From: an uncultured Chlamydiae bacterium | Lineage (GTDB): Bacteria > Chlamydiota > Chlamydiia > Chlamydiales > JAJFMB01 | Reading direction: 5' to 3' | Assembly (NCBI GenBank): GCA_963696295.1 | Contig: CAVOJR010000001.1 | Location: 1,024,001-1,088,000 of the forward strand | DNA length: 64,000 nucleotides | Part shown: in pieces, positions 57,650 through 64,000 of the stretch | How positions within the stretch are numbered: the stretch's first letter is position 1 | How the letters are laid out: every line of letters begins with the position of its first letter | The notes under the pieces: model-generated | Told to the model about the DNA's origin: nothing | Database searches by the model: none | The model's input: only the letters and a program-made list of their open reading frames with translations | Position numbers and translations under genes: made by a program

Positions 57650-58459
57650 TCACCAAGTTTCAAGTTCATTCAGTGATGGGGTTTCCTCATCAAGCCTCAC
57701 CGCCCGCGGCACATCCTCTTTTGCAGGCACATACAAATCTTCGATAAATTCCTCGGACACTCCTTTTGGATCTTTTGAGCAGCCTAGCACAAGGGATATT
57801 CTTCCGATTGCATTGGCAAGAGGCGAATGATGCTCAACCTTGACAGGGACGACGCGATGCTCATAATCCCACCTGGCCTCTTGACTAAGCACAATCAACA
57901 TATTAGGGTGCAGAGTCATTGACTTGAACAAATGCTTTTGCTCGGGGTGTCTGATTTGAAATACCGATGGCGCTCCCAGACTGTAAATAAGGGAGATTTC
58001 GCCGTTTGAGGCCACATCTTTGTGGTAATCAAACCCCGCCATCCTTTCCCCGGCAACGGCATAAGTATTGAGCGTAAAGTTCCAATTGAGCCTATCACCC
58101 AATGCACTCACTTGTGGGATCCTTGACACCCTTGTGATCAAGTCATTCCGGATAAACCCGGGGATATTATTATTGCCTATGAAATAGGTCAAATGATGCC
58201 CCTCCTCTCCATACTTTTTAAAGTACAGGGCTGTGATCTTATGGCCCGACTCATCCGCAACCGTAACCAGGCTGTACTGCTCACTGCTTTTCAAGTTATG
58301 ATACCGGGAGAGATAGGTTCTGTCGCTCTGCAGGGATCCCATCGAAGAACTCTGCAGAATCGCCTTTTGCAGATTTATGGCTTTTTCCTGCACCACTTTG
58401 TCATTCTTAAGGAAGCTGTGAAAGACATGTAAGCCTGGAATGGCTCTACTGATTTGCAT
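57650..58459 (-). CDS. AlkB-like 2OG-Fe(II) dioxygenase
   Basis: HKD, SLGA, ARWDYEH, RISL. Confidence 0.75.
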   Translation of the reverse strand: MQISRAIPGLHVFHSFLKNDKVVQEKAINLQKAILQSSSMGSLQSDRTYLSRYHNLKSSEQYSLVTVADESGHKITALYFKKYGEEGHHLTYFIGNNNIPGFIRNDLITRVSRIPQVSALGDRLNWNFTLNTYAVAGERMAGFDYHKDVASNGEISLIYSLGAPSVFQIRHPEQKHLFKSMTLHPNMLIVLSQEARWDYEHRVVPVKVEHHSPLANAIGRISLVLGCSKDPKGVSEEFIEDLYVPAKEDVPRAVRLDEETPSLNELETW

Positions 58460-58472
58460 CGGTATACTCCTG

Positions 58473-59348
58473 TTATATTTTCAGCCTGGTTTTTCCCATT
58501 TGCCAGCTCTTGTATAAAAACTCTATCCAAAGACTGACAGAGACATAAACGCCGTTATCCCACCGCCTATACTCCTCCGGCAGCCCTTCCTGCTGAATCT
58601 CCTTCAATGTTTTCCCCTCGTCCATCTTCTTTTTGACAAAGAGCAGCGTTTCGAGAATCATTTTGTGAAATGCTTTGAGCTCTTTGACGCCGGCGAGCGT
58701 GCCGTGCCCAGAGATGATTTTCGTCTCCTCGGGAATCATTTCAATCAGATCGTAAAGGGTATTGGCCCTCCCTAGGGCGTCGCCGCCACGGTCAAAATCG
58801 ACCCAGGGGAAAGTCTCGGTATAGAAAACATCTCCGGTGACGACGACCTTCGAGTTGACAAACCAGACAAGGGTATCGCCGCTCGTATCGGCTCCATAGG
58901 GGAAATGGATCACCCGCACCTCGTCATCATTAAAAATGATGGAAAGCGAGGTGTCAAAAATGATTTGGGGAAGCGCGTATTCCTCTTTCGGCGGAAATTT
59001 TTGGACTTCCCCCTTCAAACCGATCAGCTCCTGATAGGTGGAAAGGTGCCTCCGTACATCGCGATGAGAGATGATCGTAGCGGTTTTGCCGAAAAACTCG
59101 TTGCCTTCCACATGATCATCATGCCAATGGGTGGTGATCAGGTATTTGACCTCTTTGCCGCCAAGCTCTTCGATTTTCCGCTGGATCGGCAGGCTCGATT
59201 CTTTGAATTGACTATCCACCATCAGAATGCCGCTCTTTCCGATAAAGAGCGTAACATTGCCCTGATCGAAGCGCAGCATGGTGATGCCTTTTGCCACGGG
59301 AATGGTTTCAAGTATTTTGCCGGCCAAAGCTCTGCGATCTTTTGCCAT
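58473..59348 (-). CDS. Metallo-beta-lactamase fold hydrolase (cyclase-like)
   Basis: THWHDDHVEGN, TGD, SGHG. Confidence 0.88.
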   Translation of the reverse strand: MAKDRRALAGKILETIPVAKGITMLRFDQGNVTLFIGKSGILMVDSQFKESSLPIQRKIEELGGKEVKYLITTHWHDDHVEGNEFFGKTATIISHRDVRRHLSTYQELIGLKGEVQKFPPKEEYALPQIIFDTSLSIIFNDDEVRVIHFPYGADTSGDTLVWFVNSKVVVTGDVFYTETFPWVDFDRGGDALGRANTLYDLIEMIPEETKIISGHGTLAGVKELKAFHKMILETLLFVKKKMDEGKTLKEIQQEGLPEEYRRWDNGVYVSVSLWIEFLYKSWQMGKTRLKI

Positions 59349-59358
59349 AATTTTCTCC

Positions 59359-60660
59359 TTATTCTAACCCGGGATCTCCTCTAAAGGTGCGCGTCTTACT
59401 GTCGTAAGAAAACAGCTCGGCGTACCGCCCCCAGCTGATGACCGTTTTTAGGGTGCTTTGCGCATCCTGGTGGCTTAAGTAATCTTCAAGTTCCTGCGTA
59501 AACCTCATCAGCGGCGCGCTGTGGTCCTTTCTCTCATCGAGCACCTTGCGGATATGGGCGGCAAGGGGCACAAAGCTAAGCAAATGCTCCCTAAAAAGCT
59601 TCTTCCGCTCTTCTACCCCGCTCTCCACATAGACTTTCCCCGGCGCCGTCAACTTAATCGAACCGTCGCCAAGCTCGGCGAATTCCAGAATGTGCAGCGC
59701 CTCGGCAGCCGGGAAGAACTCTTCAAATGAGAGGAAAAGTTCCCCGGATAATTCGGCGAGTTCCGCTTCCCCGTTAAAGGGAGGAGAGGCCAGGGCCTCC
59801 ATCAACCCGCTGATTCTGTTAAACGATACATAGGGCAATATTTGTACCAGGCCCCCTTTGACCTTGCTTTGGGCGGCAATCGTTTCCATCACCCGGGAGG
59901 TTAAGCTGGTATAGATTTCATCCACAATATTGCGGAAAGCCTCATCCAGCCGGTTGCGGGGATGGGGCAGCGTTATAGGCATCTCTGTGGCCACACGTCC
60001 CGGATTCGAAGAAAGGAGGATAATCCGGTCGCACATCAAGACGGCCTCTTCGATATTATGAGTCACCATCAAAACCGATTTGATCGTCAGGCCGCCCGCC
60101 TGCCACAGATCGAGGAAATCGGTACGCAAGGTCTCGGCAGTCAATACGTCTAGGGAGGAAAATGGCTCATCCATCAGAAGCAAAATGGGATCAATGACTA
60201 TTGCCCTCGCAAAGCCGACCCGCTGCCGCATGCCGCCCGAAAGTTCGCGCGGATAGGCCGACTGAAACCCGTCGAGGCCGATCCGGTCGATTGCTTCAAG
60301 AGCCCGGGTCCGGACCACATTAGAATCGAGGCCGAGCGCATCCAGGCCCAATTCGACATTCTCAAGAACAGTCAGCCATGGGTAGAGGGCAAAGGTCTGA
60401 AAGACGACCGCAATCCCCTCTGCAGGACCATCCAGGGGCTTTCCGAGGTATTGAACTTCTCCCGAAGAGGGTTCAATCAGCCCTCCTGCGATGCGCAGCA
60501 ATGTCGACTTTCCCGCGCCGGAGCGGCCCAGCAAACCGAGGATCTCCCCCTCTTTTAAGGTCAAGTCGATGTCAGAAAGCACCGGCAAGGATTCGCCGGA
60601 GGGCTTGGCAAAGCCCTTGCAAATTTTATGCATCTCAAGAATGGAATTATTCGTCGGCAT
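59359..60660 (-). CDS. NitT/TauT-type ABC transporter ATP-binding protein with C-terminal extension
   Basis: GRSGAGKST, LSGGMRQR, LMDEPFS, SWGRYAELFSY. Confidence 0.93.
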   Translation of the reverse strand: MPTNNSILEMHKICKGFAKPSGESLPVLSDIDLTLKEGEILGLLGRSGAGKSTLLRIAGGLIEPSSGEVQYLGKPLDGPAEGIAVVFQTFALYPWLTVLENVELGLDALGLDSNVVRTRALEAIDRIGLDGFQSAYPRELSGGMRQRVGFARAIVIDPILLLMDEPFSSLDVLTAETLRTDFLDLWQAGGLTIKSVLMVTHNIEEAVLMCDRIILLSSNPGRVATEMPITLPHPRNRLDEAFRNIVDEIYTSLTSRVMETIAAQSKVKGGLVQILPYVSFNRISGLMEALASPPFNGEAELAELSGELFLSFEEFFPAAEALHILEFAELGDGSIKLTAPGKVYVESGVEERKKLFREHLLSFVPLAAHIRKVLDERKDHSAPLMRFTQELEDYLSHQDAQSTLKTVISWGRYAELFSYDSKTRTFRGDPGLE

Positions 60661-60675
60661 ACTCTTCTCTTCCTT

Positions 60676-62433
60676 TTATAAACGCGTCCGCCGTTCGGCA
60701 AACACGTAAAGCGGCCGCCAAAACAGCCGGTTCATCAAAATAACAAATACAGACATGACGGCCACGCCAAGCGCGATGCGGGGATAGTCGCCGGCTTCAG
60801 TCATCTTTGCGATATAAGCGCCAAGCCCCAAACCGCTCAAACGGGTAGATCCCCAGCTGACCGCCTCTGAAACGATGCTCGCGTTCCACGCGCCCCCGGA
60901 GGCGGTAATGGCCCCGGTGACATAATAGGGAAAGATCCCGGGGAGCATGACTTTCCACCACCATTTCCAGCCCTTGACGCGAAAACTCGCCGCAGCTTCC
61001 CGAAAATCATTGGGATAAGCGGTGGCGCCCGCGATCACGTTGAATAAAATGTACCATTGCGTTCCCAAGATCATCAGCGGGGTTAGCCAAATGATCGGAT
61101 TTAATTTAAAATGCACGATGAGATAGACCGCAACAGGGAAAAACAGATTGGCCGGAAAAGCCGCTAAAAATTGCGCCACCGGCTGAACCTTCTCGGCGAG
61201 TTTCGGCCGCAGCCCGACAGCCACGCCGATGGGCACCCAGATGAGGGTCGCCAATAGAATCAAAATCACCACGCGGAAGAGTGTCAGGAAGCCGTTCTTA
61301 ACCACAAGTATCACATCACTTAAGCTGATAGTCGGCGCGGCGTACCGGGTAAGGGCGTACAAAATGTAGGCGACAAGGACAAAAACAAGGAAAAACCAGA
61401 GGATGTCGAGAAGTCGCGAGGGGACGCCTTTCATTTTCGGCACCGTTGAGAAAAAGGAAACCCTGGCCCGCACCATGCGGTCTGCTAAGGTCCCAAAAGG
61501 CTCAGCCAGCCGTTTCAGCCAGCGCGTCTGCTGAAAAAGGTCTAGCAGCCAGCTCTTCGGAACCACCGCCGATGCCGTTTGCTCGGCGCGAAACTTGTCC
61601 GCCCAGGCCACGAGGGGGCGAAAGAGCAGCTGATCATAGAGCAGGATCGCCAGCGTCATGGCCAGGATGGCCCAGCCGACAGCGGTCAAATCGCGCTCCT
61701 GAATCGCCTTGGCGACATAGGAGCCAACGCCCGGCAGAGCGATCTGCAACGTGCCGACCGTAATGGCTTCGGAGGCCACCACGAAAAACCAGCCGCCCGA
61801 CATTGACATCATCATGTTCCAGACCAGTCCGGGGACTGCGAAGGGCACTTCCAGCCGCCAAAAGCGCTGCCAGGCCGACAGGCGAAAAGAGCGGCTCGAT
61901 TCATCGAGATCGACGGGCACCGTGCGGAGCGACTGATAAAAGCTGAAAGCCATATTCCACGCCTGGCTGGTGAAGATGGCAAAAATCGCGGCCAGTTCCG
62001 GTCCCAGCCACTTTCCGGGAAATAAGGAAATGAAGAAAACAACAGTAAAGGAGAGGTAGCCTAATATCGGCACCGATTGGAGCACGTCGAGCAGAGGAAT
62101 CAGCACCATCTCGGCGCGCCGGCTTTTGGCGGCAAGCGTAGCGTATGTGAAGGTAAAGATCAGCGAGGCTAGAAGCGCCAAAAGCATCCGCAGCACCGTC
62201 CGCAGAGTATACATGGGCAAGACTGCCGGTGAAAGCGAGATTTCCGGCTGCTCCGTCAGGACAAACGGCTTGACCATCTGATGGGCGCCTGAACCGAGAA
62301 GCAGAAGCACGGTAAAGACCACAATAGCCGCCACCAGATCCCTCCAGGAGGGACCGTGCTGATACCATCCTTTACCCATCATGGTAAAGCGGGGAAAGAT
62401 CGACGAAGGCGGTTTATCTGAATCTGGGTTCAT
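60676..62433 (-). CDS. NitT/TauT-type ABC transporter permease (duplicated domain)
   Basis: LDVLQSVPILG, SQAWNM, GGWFFVVASE, GGAWNASIVSE. Confidence 0.92.
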   Translation of the reverse strand: MNPDSDKPPSSIFPRFTMMGKGWYQHGPSWRDLVAAIVVFTVLLLLGSGAHQMVKPFVLTEQPEISLSPAVLPMYTLRTVLRMLLALLASLIFTFTYATLAAKSRRAEMVLIPLLDVLQSVPILGYLSFTVVFFISLFPGKWLGPELAAIFAIFTSQAWNMAFSFYQSLRTVPVDLDESSRSFRLSAWQRFWRLEVPFAVPGLVWNMMMSMSGGWFFVVASEAITVGTLQIALPGVGSYVAKAIQERDLTAVGWAILAMTLAILLYDQLLFRPLVAWADKFRAEQTASAVVPKSWLLDLFQQTRWLKRLAEPFGTLADRMVRARVSFFSTVPKMKGVPSRLLDILWFFLVFVLVAYILYALTRYAAPTISLSDVILVVKNGFLTLFRVVILILLATLIWVPIGVAVGLRPKLAEKVQPVAQFLAAFPANLFFPVAVYLIVHFKLNPIIWLTPLMILGTQWYILFNVIAGATAYPNDFREAAASFRVKGWKWWWKVMLPGIFPYYVTGAITASGGAWNASIVSEAVSWGSTRLSGLGLGAYIAKMTEAGDYPRIALGVAVMSVFVILMNRLFWRPLYVFAERRTRL

Positions 62434-62441
62434 GAAGATAT

Positions 62442-63708
62442 TTATCTATGAAACTCTTTAAACAAACAACACTTTTTAAAGCCGAGTTTTTGGTAAATCC
62501 CCTTGCCCATCTCGGAGGCCGTCAAAGTGGCGAGAACATAACCTCTTTGGCGCGTCCTCTGCAATAATGCCTGCATCATGGCCGTGCCAAACCCTTTTTG
62601 CCTCTCCGTTTTTGCCGTTATCACGTAATAGATCCCAGCCGCGTTGCCATAAAAAACCAGCATGCCGGTCGCAACCGGCTTTCCTTCCCTATATCCTGTG
62701 TAGAGCTCCACCGGAGAGCCCTCCTGATAGAGGATGGGAGGGAGGCTTCTCAAATAGGCCGAATCCCCGTCTGCCGCTTCAAACACACGGCAAAAATCAT
62801 CGATCGCCCTCACCCTTTCCACCACTATCGGCAACGGGGGCGTTTCCACATCCTCAAGAAGCAGATACATGCCGAGGTCCTCTTCTTTTGGTTTCAGGCC
62901 TTGAGCCATGAGCAGTTCCGCCAAATTCTCAGGGCAGTCCTTAGGCCCTACCCACCAGGAAAAGGGCAGGTCCCCGAACAGATCGATCGTCTCCTGAATG
63001 CGCTGCGGAGCTGTTTCTTGAGAAAAGCGCGCCCCCAGAACCGTGTTGTAGGTATCATCCCTCACATCACAGCGGTTGACGATCAGGTCGGGGAACAGCA
63101 TTAGTTCGCAAGCGGGCATATATTGGGAAAAGAAGGTCATCTGCAAAGTCAGGTTCTCAACGAGACAGGCGATGATTTCCTGCTCAGAAAAAGCCCTGTT
63201 GACCGATTGCATCGGGGTAAAGCGGGCCCCTTGAGCGGCTTTCCAGAGCAGCGCTTTGTGATCGATCTCCTGCACAAAAGCGCTTTTGGCAAAAGTGTAC
63301 TGCTTTCTTGGCCGGTCTGACAGGGCTGCTTTTAGCGCCGAATAGGCCTCTTTTGCCTCCGGATGGGCCATCAAGTACTCTTTGAACCAAAGCTGCCGCA
63401 AAATCTGCGGATCCCCTTGCTGCCACACATGCAAATTAAACCCTTCCTTTTTGAAAAACCGGCGGCCGGGCAGATCCTCTTTCATCCTCTCGGCAAAACC
63501 GCAGCTTTCCAGCTTCCCGGCGGTCTAAGGCCTTAATGTCATCCACCACCGCTAAAATATCGATGACCGGCTTGGCCATGAGGCCGGGAATCGCCGTACT
63601 GCCAATATGGTGAATTTCATCAATGCCAAGGGCGTGCCGAATCAGCCCGGCCTCTTGAAGGTATACCTCTTTCCAAGTGGAATCGTAGGGAACAAGGGTA
63701 ACATTCAT
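62442..63708 (-). CDS. GrpB-family domain fused to a GNAT acetyltransferase, with an apparent frameshift near 63515
   Basis: HIGSTAIPGLMAKPVIDI in 63436-63708; PGRRFF...LHV...YSALK and RQKGFG...YQKLGF in 62442-63485. Confidence 0.75.
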
Positions 63709-64000
63709 AGGTCTCCTACAAGCAACGAGCTGAAATCGATGATCTCAGTAAAATAGGCACTATCCTGCACACTATCGCTGACACCATTAACATGAATTAG
63801 AACTGGCCAGCAGGAAAATCGCTTTGGAAGAGTAATATTCTCCAATTTCTCTTTGACTTCGCTTATCACATCAGATTTGATCGGGTTAACGGAAAACTTG
63901 ATCTCACAAGCAAAGAGAGTATTAAATCGCGTTTGAATCAAATAGTCTATTTGACATCCTTTTCTTGTCGTTGTCTGTCTTTGAAAAAAGGGATTATCAG
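63705..64000 (-). CDS. C-terminus of a second ATPase/DUF234-like protein, paralog of 33650-35086 (runs off the window)
   Basis: DNPFFQRQTTRKGCQIDYLIQTRFNTLFACEIKFS versus DNPFIQTATSKRKGCQIDYLIQTKMNSLIICEFKFS. Confidence 0.85.
   Translation of the reverse strand, partial: DNPFFQRQTTTRKGCQIDYLIQTRFNTLFACEIKFSVNPIKSDVISEVKEKLENITLPKRFSCWPVLIHVNGVSDSVQDSAYFTEIIDFSSLLVGDL

Noticed and set aside
58473..59348. True beta-lactamase, or the MFS at 43965-45185 as a tetracycline resistance gene
   Set aside because: Only fold-level motifs are visible; substrate cannot be inferred.
41150..63708. Integron cassette array
   Set aside because: Genes are in mixed orientation, with no recurring attC-like sites and no IntI.
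40954..64000. Integrative element or prophage at tRNA-Leu
   Set aside because: I found no integrase and no duplicated tRNA 3' end in the window; the tRNA terminator is intact.

Overview
A bacterial chromosome segment that is almost certainly from an environmental member of the Chlamydiae. Two blocks follow the typical chlamydial gene order: plsX-rpmF-yceD / rng-plsB(plant type)-ptr, and yebC-sprT-like-GNAT-prfB ... SWIB-lpxG-ispD-truA ... HAD-CT465-like. Accessory material is interleaved: a divergent cluster of six glycosyltransferase-like genes that all begin with signal-peptide-like N-termini, candidate host-directed effectors (double U-box, CX5R phosphatase-like, permuted papain-like, Pro/Gln-rich, Inc-like), an insert after truA (ATPase-nuclease, frameshifted Gly-rich adhesin, OMP, sialidase-like), tRNA-Leu(CAA), and three toxin-antitoxin pairs. 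The most striking non-coding signals are: (1) a family of TA-flanked palindromic elements, with two 164-bp copies showing compensatory base changes and one 59-bp derivative; one copy sits in frame inside a signal peptide; (2) a Val-rich leader peptide upstream of brnQ; (3) several deletion-eroded duplicates of neighbouring gene ends, including a 45-bp tandem array built from the junction of two convergent genes. All protein assignments come from motif recognition by eye; no searches were run.
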